Shown here: positions 1-5,632 of the stretch, piece by piece
How the letters are laid out: every line of letters starts with the position of its first letter
How positions within the stretch are numbered: position 1 is the first letter of the stretch
Origin: a virus
Lineage: Duplodnaviria > Heunggongvirae > Uroviricota > Caudoviricetes
Strand: one strand, 5' to 3'
IMG/VR virus record: IMGVR_UViG_2619619129_000005
Length of the DNA stretch: 7,307 nucleotides
Program-made: the position numbers and the translations under genes
The notes under the pieces: model-generated
What the model was told of the DNA's origin: nothing
Seen by the model: the letters and a program-made list of their open reading frames with translations, nothing else
Databases searched by the model: none

Positions 1-158
1 ATCTTGTAACAATCAGGCATACCACGGAGCTTGTTTGCTTCAATCCGGGGTGACTCAAGTACTTCAACCAGCTTCTTTTTCAACTGTTCACGTACCGTCG
101 AGCCCAGCTTTCGCCATTCCTTTAGTGCCCGCTCGTCAAAATCCAGAAAATACGCCAT
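1..158 (-). CDS. relE: RelE mRNA-interferase toxin, N-terminal 52 codons only (gene runs off the window start)
   Basis: Reverse complement of 1..158 translates MAYFLDFDERALKEWRKLGSTVREQLKKKLVEVLESPRIEANKLRGMPDCYKI, which matches the RelE N-terminus as I recall it. ATG at 158..156 overlaps the relB stop by one base (TGATG). Absent from the ORF track because no stop lies inside the window. Confidence 0.9.
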   Translation of the reverse strand, partial: MAYFLDFDERALKEWRKLGSTVREQLKKKLVEVLESPRIEANKLRGMPDCYK

Positions 159-397
159 CAGAGTTCATCCAGCGTCACACGTACTGGCTTAGGATTACGA
201 AGCCGTTCTTTCACTATCTCCACAAGTTCAGCATCTTCATCACTCAGGAGTGTCTGTTTGAACGGCAAGCGTTCATTGTCAGCGATATACTCGAGCATGA
301 GACGAAGCGCTTCAGAAGGAGTTACGCCCATTTTTTCAAGCGCGGCGTAAGAACGCGCTTTAAGTTCATCGTCAATACGCAGGTTAATGCTACCCAT
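158..397 (-). CDS. relB: RelB antitoxin (ribbon-helix-helix)
   Basis: 79-aa ORF MGSINLRIDDELKARSYAALEKMGVTPSEALRLMLEYIADNERLPFKQTLLSDEDAELVEIVKERLRNPKPVRVTLDEL, recognised as RelB. ATG at 397..395 with GAGG Shine-Dalgarno (complement of 406..409) 8 nt upstream. Immediately precedes relE. Confidence 0.93.
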   Translation of the reverse strand: MGSINLRIDDELKARSYAALEKMGVTPSEALRLMLEYIADNERLPFKQTLLSDEDAELVEIVKERLRNPKPVRVTLDEL

Positions 398-408
398 GTC
401 TTACACCT

Positions 409-434
409 CTTGTAATTACAAATGTCATTACAAG
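409..434. promoter_or_regulatory. relO-like operator of the relBE promoter
   Basis: Perfect 12-bp palindrome TTGTAATTACAA (410..421) inside a larger inverted repeat CTTGTAAT (409..416) / ATTACAAG (427..434), just upstream of the relB start on the minus strand. Repeated TTGTAA/TTACAA hexads fit the known RelB/RelE autoregulation sites. Confidence 0.6.
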
Positions 435-744
435 TATCGCACTACAACATGCTTAGGGCAAGTCACAAAGGAAGTCAGAAAGTAGTCGTAAGAACGGTGA
501 TCACTGTCCGCTTTGTGCCAGGAACGGACGTTACTACTAGCTCAAGCAAACCGCTCCTTAGCCCTTAATGAAGAATGGAGGTATTGGTATAAATAGGTGA
601 ATATCGGAATATCTCCAACAGGGAAAGGGACGTTTTTAGGGGATAACTATATTATCACCTAGTGGCCGTAAGAATATGCGCAGAGAGAACATATTTCACA
701 ACAGCCACCTTAGTTTTATGAAAAATCATAAACCGTAGGAATAT

Positions 745-1065
745 TTAAACGCATTTAAACGTCAGGCGAGCAACGCCATTAACAAGTAAGTGTGTATCAA
801 TATCAGTTCTGACTTCTTTCATAGATTTATTTTGTACCCTACAGAAATCAGAAGCCTTTTTTGTTGCAGTGCCAATAGCGCCTCGTATACGACCTGCAGC
901 AGGAGCAGCTTCTACCTCAGAGAGGTAGTTCCCATTATCCAGTTTTTTGACATCGGACTGATATGTCAGACCCAGGCCTTGAAACTGTGTTTTATCATTT
1001 TGCACAGAGCAACCGCTTAGAAAAGTACCAATTAAAATGGTGGTGGCAATTACTAATGTTTTCAT
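745..1065 (-). CDS. Putative lipoprotein (106 aa)
   Basis: ORF begins MKTLVIATTILIGTFLSGC: hydrophobic signal peptide followed by lipobox L-S-G-C with the invariant Cys, then a hydrophilic mature domain. ATG at 1065..1063, TAA stop at 747..745. Flanking DNA (about 1080..1200) is AT-rich. Not recognised as a named gene. Confidence 0.7.
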   Translation of the reverse strand: MKTLVIATTILIGTFLSGCSVQNDKTQFQGLGLTYQSDVKKLDNGNYLSEVEAAPAAGRIRGAIGTATKKASDFCRVQNKSMKEVRTDIDTHLLVNGVARLTFKCV

Positions 1066-1354
1066 GTAAAGAACAATCCTTATGTATTTGGTTAGTCTCT
1101 ATTCTACAAACTGAAATACAACATAAATTAAACCAATTGCTATTTATAGATTTGCATACAGCTATCGTATTGAATATTTAGAGAAATAAATCACACTAAC
1201 CGAAAAACAAGAACGTCAGGTGATCTGTTCCATATGATTCAGAACACATCGATGTAAACATGGATCCCTAACTTCCGCTTCTTGCTCTTAGCGGACATTA
1301 GCATAGGCTATTTACCATAACGCCTCATTACGCGCACCGCCCAGACTGACTCAG

Positions 1355-1420
1355 CGCGTTTCTGGCATATCCCCGGTAAAACAAGTAACAAACCACCCGA
1401 AAATGAACACCAGAAACGCG
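1355..1420. repeat. 11-bp perfect inverted repeat CGCGTTTCTGG (1355..1365) / CCAGAAACGCG (1410..1420), 44-bp spacer
   Basis: Read directly from the sequence. Lies in the non-coding gap between the lipoprotein gene and the 1475..1885 ORF. Function unknown. Confidence 0.5.
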
Positions 1421-1474
1421 ACTTAAGAATCTACCCTATGAATGGATATGCACTCAACCGAATCGATCTTGGTT

Positions 1475-1885
1475 TCAATCTTTTTTATCGGGATCAGGCT
1501 TCTTTTTAGGTAACTTCGGGGGCTTAACTTGCTGATGACTTTGCGTTCGGCGCGTAAGCCAGGGATGGTCAGCTTTAGGTTTAACATAGTATTTTGAGCG
1601 TAAATCAATACGGGCATTATCCACTCGTTCATGGACACTCTTTTCATCATCCAGTGGTATAGGCTCCGGGCCATCAACATACTTTTCCCAGCCCAGCGCT
1701 TTCCCGTCATACAGAACGTTAATTTCACCGTCAAAGTTCTCGCATACAGTAACAACCGAATGCCTAAGTCGATATCCCCGGCCCTCACTGCGTACCTGAA
1801 ACGCACTGCTTTTGTACTGGAAAGTGAGATTTTTAGACAGAACGCGCTTCGCCTGTAGGCTGAAGATATAACCCAGTATTATCAA
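1475..1885 (-). CDS. Hypothetical ORF (136 aa) with no ATG; possible gene remnant
   Basis: The translation contains no methionine apart from the TTG-derived first residue (complement of 1883..1885). The middle section (GEINVLYDGKALGWEKYVDG) looks like a real protein; the C-terminus is a Lys/Pro-rich tail (KPPKLPKKKPDPDKKD). May be a C-terminal fragment of a disrupted gene. Confidence 0.3.
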   Translation of the reverse strand: MIILGYIFSLQAKRVLSKNLTFQYKSSAFQVRSEGRGYRLRHSVVTVCENFDGEINVLYDGKALGWEKYVDGPEPIPLDDEKSVHERVDNARIDLRSKYYVKPKADHPWLTRRTQSHQQVKPPKLPKKKPDPDKKD

Positions 1886-2036
1886 CGGCTCGGAAGTGTC
1901 TAGATTATCCGTGGCGATTCAATTTTGTATATCAGCAGACCTTTTCGCGTCGTGTATTCAGCATCATGCTCAAGGGCTTTTGCCAGTACCGCACATGGTT
2001 CTATCTGATTGCTATTAACCTGACATTTTGATTCGC

Positions 2037-2459
2037 TCACAGCATCACCTCCTGAAATTCCCCCTGATAAAACGCCAGCGCTCGCTGCATAACCTCACTC
2101 TTCCGGCACTCGCGACAGATTATGTTCTGACGCCTGTCGTAGCGGCGTATTTCTCCGTCAGGTAATGACCTGATAAGGTCCGGATCAACCACAGCCGTTT
2201 TCTTCACCTTTGCCCTTGAGAGTTTTTTGCGGGCGTTTTGCCAGTCCTTACGGGCCTGTTCAGACGGGAATAATCCGCAGCCGGAGTTGTATACATCGCC
2301 ACTGGCTACCAGTTCTCTGGCAAGAACGCTCATCAGATATCTTGTTGCCCCAGTTTTAGCTTCCAGTTGTCGTAACGTCTCGCGCCCACTCTGGCGTACG
2401 AGTTCAACAACCTGCCCTTTAATTTTTTCCCGCTCTTCTTGTGTAAAAACTTTTGCCAC
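2037..2459 (-). CDS. Hypothetical basic phage protein (140 aa), directly downstream of the replication gene
   Basis: ORF MAKVFTQEEREKIKGQVVELVRQSGRETLRQLEAKTGATRYLMSVLARELV..., GTG start at 2459..2457 with AGGAGG (complement of 2464..2469) upstream. Arg/Lys-rich, one CxxC (ICRECRK). No family assigned. Same strand as the replication gene with a 40-bp gap. Confidence 0.55.
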   Translation of the reverse strand: MAKVFTQEEREKIKGQVVELVRQSGRETLRQLEAKTGATRYLMSVLARELVASGDVYNSGCGLFPSEQARKDWQNARKKLSRAKVKKTAVVDPDLIRSLPDGEIRRYDRRQNIICRECRKSEVMQRALAFYQGEFQEVML

Positions 2460-2499
2460 AAGTCCTCCTGAAAATTACCTCATGACCAGAAATTAACAC

Positions 2500-3576
2500 T
2501 TACCCCCTGAAGCCCGGCGGAATTTCGTTATCCGGTTCAGAAATATGATTCACACAACGCTGGTTGTTCGTGCCGCTTACCGGGAGCAACCAGGGGTTCT
2601 CAAAATTCCGGTCCGGTCCAAAAAACGTCGTCGCTCGCTGAACAAATTCCGTTCCCGTTTTCCCGGTAGCCGCCAAGTATCTTGCGTAACGCCTCACGCC
2701 ATCCAGCATGGCTTCTGGTGGCACCCCCTCGCGTAATCTGGCCTTCCAGGCACTGAAAGCGGATTTCTTCGGGTTTGCTCCGGCACGCAACGGGTACTCC
2801 CGCCAGACCTGTTCGAACACATCCGGATAATCCACTCGTCCCACAGACTGCCCGGTGTTTTCCGGGACTACCCGATCGGCTTCCCGCTGAATGGCGGAAT
2901 CGGCTTCGGGCTGCTGCAGTTGGTGTGATTGCTCCGGCCTTGCGGTCATCACCTGCTGCACAGCGCCCGAATCGGCTTTCAGCGCATACGCTGAATCGGC
3001 TTCCGGTGTCGTGCCTGCTGGCTGACCAAGATTGACGGTCTGAACATCCCCTGCCTGGTTCGTGGCGTTTTTTACGCCATGGACCATAGTGTTTTGATCT
3101 TCTTGATCTGTATCTTTATCTGTATCTTTATCTGTCGTGACTCGTCGTGACATGTGCGTGACATTTCGTGACGCGCCGTGACAATCGCCATTTTGTTCCC
3201 GCTTTCTTTCCCTCTCTCGCTGCGCCCTCTTGCGCTCTGCAGGAGATTTTGCGGTTTGCGAAATATTGCCGTTGTCCTCTTTAAGCACCTGGCGTTTTTC
3301 CCATCCAGTGATTAAATCACCATCAAGTACCCGCCCCTGCATCGTCTGCAAAATTGAATCAATTACCTCTTCTGTCACGTCGAGCGCACTTGCCAAATCT
3401 TCTGTCGTGACATCAATGTGACCTCGCGTGACATTTCGTGACGCGCTCACCAGGAGGTGGATATACACTGCCATCACTGTTGCAATTGGCTGCCCTGACA
3501 CTCTGGCAATTGTTCGCCACTTAGGGTCATTTGGCATGTCATGCCATAATCTGAGCCAGGCGTTAGCCATACTCAC
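2500..3576 (-). CDS. Phage replication initiation / replisome-organizer protein (358 aa, lambda O-like role) with the origin inside its coding sequence
   Basis: ATG at 3576..3574 with GAGGTGA Shine-Dalgarno upstream. N-terminus MSMANAWLRLWHDMPNDPKWRTIARVSG is typical of phage initiator DNA-binding domains. A low-complexity acidic/basic linker (ERKRAQRERERKRE, DKDTDKDTD) is encoded by the tandem repeats and iterons. Sits where O-like genes sit, downstream of the cro/cII-like genes. Confidence 0.75.
   Translation of the reverse strand: MSMANAWLRLWHDMPNDPKWRTIARVSGQPIATVMAVYIHLLVSASRNVTRGHIDVTTEDLASALDVTEEVIDSILQTMQGRVLDGDLITGWEKRQVLKEDNGNISQTAKSPAERKRAQRERERKREQNGDCHGASRNVTHMSRRVTTDKDTDKDTDQEDQNTMVHGVKNATNQAGDVQTVNLGQPAGTTPEADSAYALKADSGAVQQVMTARPEQSHQLQQPEADSAIQREADRVVPENTGQSVGRVDYPDVFEQVWREYPLRAGANPKKSAFSAWKARLREGVPPEAMLDGVRRYARYLAATGKTGTEFVQRATTFFGPDRNFENPWLLPVSGTNNQRCVNHISEPDNEIPPGFRG
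3096..3182. repeat. Candidate origin, cluster 1: 12-bp tandem ATCTGTATCTTT x2.5 (3106..3135) followed by five CGTGAC iterons
   Basis: CGTGAC at 3136, 3146, 3157, 3167 and 3177, spaced 10-11 bp (one helical turn). Immediately preceded by an AT-rich hexamer-periodic tandem repeat. Lies inside the replication-initiator gene, as ori-lambda lies inside O. Confidence 0.6.
3374..3446. repeat. Candidate origin, cluster 2: four (C/T)GTGAC iterons plus one inverted copy
   Basis: CGTGAC at 3406, 3427 and 3437, TGTGAC at 3417, spaced 10-11 bp; inverted GTCACG at 3374..3379. The 21-mer GCGTGACATTTCGTGACGCGC is identical at 3426..3446 and 3156..3176. TCTGTCGTGAC is identical at 3131..3141 and 3401..3411. 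Confidence 0.6.
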
Positions 3577-3641
3577 CTCTTCTGATACCGAATCTTTTTA
3601 CTCACGAGTTGCCGGAAGCGATTCGATATGGCTATTGTCAG

Positions 3642-4067
3642 TCAATGTACTGCCACAGCATTTCCTGCCGGGCCACCACGGTTCATCTGATTGAAACCGG
3701 CGATTGCCACTGCGACAAAATCATCAGCGTCTCTCACCAGTCGCTCCCGCGTCTCCACCAGCTCCCGAAAATAAGCTGAACTGTGGCTGCGCATTCTGGC
3801 CACCAGCAAAGGTGGCATTGCCTTTTCGATCGCTGGTAACAACGCCTGAATTTTTTCAACTGCATCAGGGGTGTCTTTCTCTACCCAGCGGAAAATTTTC
3901 TGGGTATTGCGAGCCAGGGCTTCCGGATGGCTGTCGTCATACAGTTCCGGGAACGTCATTCCCAGCTCGAAATACGCTTTGGTAATTTTCGCAGCCGGTA
4001 CTTTTTCGCCGTCCGGATGCGCCCAGGCATTCATCGCCATGCGGATGTGTTCATGCTTGATTTTCAT
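3642..4067 (-). CDS. ydaT: YdaT-like protein (141 aa); family once proposed as a toxin, later reported to act as a CII-like regulator
   Basis: ORF MKIKHEHIRMAMNAWAHPDGEKVP... resembles Rac-prophage YdaT as I recall it; length and position (immediately after the Cro-like gene) match. Its ATG (4067..4065) overlaps the upstream gene stop (ATGA), indicating translational coupling. Confidence 0.65.
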   Translation of the reverse strand: MKIKHEHIRMAMNAWAHPDGEKVPAAKITKAYFELGMTFPELYDDSHPEALARNTQKIFRWVEKDTPDAVEKIQALLPAIEKAMPPLLVARMRSHSSAYFRELVETRERLVRDADDFVAVAIAGFNQMNRGGPAGNAVAVH

Positions 4068-4279
4068 GAATCATTCTTTCCTTCGTTCGAGGTGCTATCC
4101 TGCTTCTTGTAAAGTTCTGGGTTGTATTTCAATTCACCGTTAGTAATTTCATCCAGTTCCATTGCGCGAAGTTTGGGAATAACTGCTTTCCACCGCACAA
4201 CAGCCACATGTGAAATTCCAAGAGCCTCAGCTACTAGTCGCTTTTTTTTGAAATAGCGCAGAACATCATCTTTGAACAT
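4064..4279 (-). CDS. Cro-like HTH protein of the YdaS/DicC family (71 aa)
   Basis: ORF MFKDDVLRYFKKKRLVAEALGISHVAVVRWKAVIPKLRAMELDEITNGELKYNPELYKK... with HTH signature (LGISHVAVVRW). ATG at 4279..4277 with AGGAG (complement of 4286..4290) 6 nt upstream. Divergent from the repressor gene. Confidence 0.8.
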   Translation of the reverse strand: MFKDDVLRYFKKKRLVAEALGISHVAVVRWKAVIPKLRAMELDEITNGELKYNPELYKKQDSTSNEGKNDS

Positions 4280-4370
4280 AAAACTCTCCTGTTATTCCGA
4301 GCAGGAGGGTAACAATAGTTACATAGCAATGTCAACCATAGCAACATCACTTGGTAGTAACATTGGTTAC
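4280..4370. promoter_or_regulatory. Divergent OR-like region with two GTAAC-N4-GTTAC operator palindromes
   Basis: GTAAC-AATA-GTTAC at 4309..4322 and GTAAC-ATTG-GTTAC at 4357..4370, centres 48 bp apart. TTGACA on the minus strand (complement of 4330..4335) is a candidate -35 for the Cro-side promoter. The 91-bp gap between divergent start codons is typical of an immunity switch. Confidence 0.55.
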
Positions 4371-5045
4371 ATGAAAAACACTATCAGCGAACGTATTCGG
4401 AATCGTCGAAAAGACGTTGGATTAACCCAACAGCAGGTTGCGAAAGCAATCGGCATATCTCGTGTATCCGTAACAAAATGGGAAAATGGCTCTTCAAAAC
4501 CTGACGGTGAGAATTTGCATCTACTGTCAAAATTGCTTTCCAAATCTCCTGAATGGATTCTTTATGGAAAGGACGGTCACGATAAAACCGATGATCTGCG
4601 TCTGAATCAGTATCTTTACATTAGTGACAACATCGCCCGGTTGCCCGTTTTAACGTGGGAACAGGCTGGTTATTGGGATATGAGTTGTCCAGTAACCGAG
4701 ATTCCTGGCATTAAGAATTGGGTTGATGTCATGACAAAAACCGCTGAAAACTCTTTTTTATTGCATGTTGAGGGAGATGCGATGACAAACTCTAACGGCC
4801 TCCCAACCATCCCCGATGGATCTACCGTGCTGATCACACCATGCTCAAGTAACATTAGAGAACTGGTGGGAAAAATAATCTTAATCCAATTGGAAGGAAC
4901 GCCAAACGTAACACTAAAAAAAGTTGCGATTGACGGACCAAACATCTATCTGTTGTCACTGAATCCGCTTTACAAACCCATCGAACTGAATGGTGGTTAC
5001 ACCATTAAAGGTAAAGTTTCACAAATACATCAATACTTAGACTGA
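4371..5045 (+). CDS. dicA: Prophage repressor: DicA-like HTH N-domain plus LexA/CI-type S24 C-domain, with Ala at the catalytic Ser position
   Basis: N-terminus MKNTISERIRNRRKDVGLTQQQVAKAIGISRVSVTKWENG resembles DicA as I recall it. C-domain LLHVEGDAMTNSNG...TLKKVA...LNPLYKPIELNGGYTIKGKV aligns by eye with lambda CI (VEGNSMTAPTG...FKKL...LNPQYPMI...VVGKV). Start placed at ATG 4371 so both operators stay intergenic (leaderless, like lambda cI from PRM). Alternative starts: ATG 4329 and TTG 4272 (ORF-track start). The symbol is by family resemblance only; K-12 DicA is shorter and lacks the C-domain. Confidence 0.75.
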   Translation: MKNTISERIRNRRKDVGLTQQQVAKAIGISRVSVTKWENGSSKPDGENLHLLSKLLSKSPEWILYGKDGHDKTDDLRLNQYLYISDNIARLPVLTWEQAGYWDMSCPVTEIPGIKNWVDVMTKTAENSFLLHVEGDAMTNSNGLPTIPDGSTVLITPCSSNIRELVGKIILIQLEGTPNVTLKKVAIDGPNIYLLSLNPLYKPIELNGGYTIKGKVSQIHQYLD

Positions 5046-5050
5046 GTCAG

Positions 5051-5075
5051 AACCCGCATTCATTGCGGGTTTTTC
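5051..5075 (+). terminator. Rho-independent terminator after the repressor gene
   Basis: Stem AACCCGCA (5051..5058) / TGCGGGTT (5064..5071), 5-nt loop, followed by TTTTT (5070..5074). Starts 6 nt after the repressor stop (5043..5045). Confidence 0.7.
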
Positions 5076-5107
5076 ACGCTCTCAAATGTACCTTTTGCAA
5101 CATCGTA

Positions 5108-5136
5108 TTGACTCGAAAGGTAACTCTTGTTACCTT
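5108..5136 (+). promoter_or_regulatory. OL/PL-like promoter-operator for the rightward ydfA-dicB operon
   Basis: Perfect 20-bp palindrome AAGGTAAC-TCTT-GTTACCTT (5117..5136), sharing the GTAAC/GTTAC half-sites with the OR palindromes. TTGACT (5108..5113) is a candidate -35 and TACCTT (5131..5136, 17-bp spacer) a weak -10. Position after the repressor terminator mirrors lambda cI-tL-OL/PL. Confidence 0.55.
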
Positions 5137-5317
5137 AACGGCATGCCAACCCACCCCGCCCCACAGAATGCAGGGCAATACTTCGAGTTACCAGGCAGTG
5201 GTCAGGGGTTAAGTAGCCAGCCCGAGGCGTAAGAACATGACGGCAGGGTTCAACTTTAATAACTATGCAGCAGGTTTTTGTTCCGCTACCCCGGCGTTAA
5301 GGGGAAATGAGGTCAGC

Positions 5318-5473
5318 ATGGATACTATCGATCTTGGCAACAGCGAATCTCTGGTATGTGGCGTGTTCCCCAACCAGGACGGTACGTTCACCGCGATGAC
5401 GTATACCAAAAGCAAAACGTTTAAAACCGAAAATGGTGCCCGTCGCTGGCTGGAAAGAAACTCAGGTGAGTGA
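5318..5473 (+). CDS. ydfA: Small prophage protein (51 aa), YdfA/YdaF-like
   Basis: ATG 5318 with GAGGT (5309..5313) upstream; product MDTIDLGNSESLVCGVFPNQDGTFTAMTYTKSKTFKTENGARRWLERNSGE. Size and position (first gene after the OL-like operator) match K-12 ydfA. The ORF-track version starts earlier at 5237 (78 aa), an alternative. Symbol is by size and synteny, not verified by alignment. Confidence 0.6.
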   Translation: MDTIDLGNSESLVCGVFPNQDGTFTAMTYTKSKTFKTENGARRWLERNSGE

Positions 5474-5474
5474 T

Positions 5475-5603
5475 ATGGATTTTGACACAATCATGGAAAA
5501 GGCTTACGAAGAATACTTCGAAGGCCTTGCCGAAGGCGAAGAAGCTCACAGCTTCAACGAATTTAAACAGGTGCTTTCCAGTTCGGCAAAATCTAACGGC
5601 TGA
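5475..5603 (+). CDS. ydfB: Small acidic prophage protein (42 aa), YdfB/YdaG-like
   Basis: ATG 5475 one base after the preceding stop (TGATATG) with AGGTGAG Shine-Dalgarno; product MDFDTIMEKAYEEYFEGLAEGEEAHSFNEFKQVLSSSAKSNG; stop TGA 5601..5603. Below the ORF-track size cutoff. Symbol by size and synteny. Confidence 0.6.
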   Translation: MDFDTIMEKAYEEYFEGLAEGEEAHSFNEFKQVLSSSAKSNG

Positions 5604-5632
5604 TAAGCGAAACAGCACCGCGAGGAATCAGT

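Noticed and set aside
35-415. 126-aa plus-strand ORF
   Set aside because: Lies entirely antisense to relE/relB, which are confidently identified; no Shine-Dalgarno; composition consistent with a shadow ORF.
790-1181. Plus-strand ORFs 790..1020 and 963..1181
   Set aside because: Antisense to or overlapping the lipoprotein gene, which has a clear signal peptide and lipobox; Cys/Phe-rich translations are unlike real proteins.
1355-1420. IS element or MITE ends
   Set aside because: Only one 11-bp inverted pair with a 44-bp spacer, no transposase ORF and no obvious target-site duplication. Kept as an unexplained repeat rather than called a mobile element.
1423-1858. ORFs 1423..1806 (minus) and 1631..1858 (plus)
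   Set aside because: Alternative frames over the 1475..1885 ORF; translations rich in Arg/Leu/Met/Trp with no recognisable motif. Not called; they may still reflect a frameshifted remnant.
3096-3446. Possible CRISPR array
   Set aside because: Repeat units are only 6-11 bp at helical-turn spacing, with no 25-40 bp spacers, and they lie inside a coding sequence. Iterons, not CRISPR.
2227-3694. Plus-strand ORFs 2227..2496, 2545..2736, 2775..3035, 3230..3421, 3428..3694
   Set aside because: All antisense to the 140-aa and replication-protein genes; Pro/Arg/Ser-rich shadow frames of GC-rich coding DNA.
3704-4143. Plus-strand ORFs 3704..3985, 3871..4143, 3927..4112
   Set aside because: Antisense to the YdaT-like and Cro-like genes, whose coupling and Shine-Dalgarno sites support the minus strand.
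4272-4370. Longer repressor start at TTG 4272 or ATG 4329
   Set aside because: TTG 4272 would overlap the divergent Cro-like gene start and swallow both operator palindromes; ATG 4329 would put operator 2 inside the coding region. ATG 4371 preferred, but 4329 is not excluded.
4670-4945. Minus-strand ORF 4670..4945
   Set aside because: Antisense to the repressor S24 domain, which shows clear family conservation.
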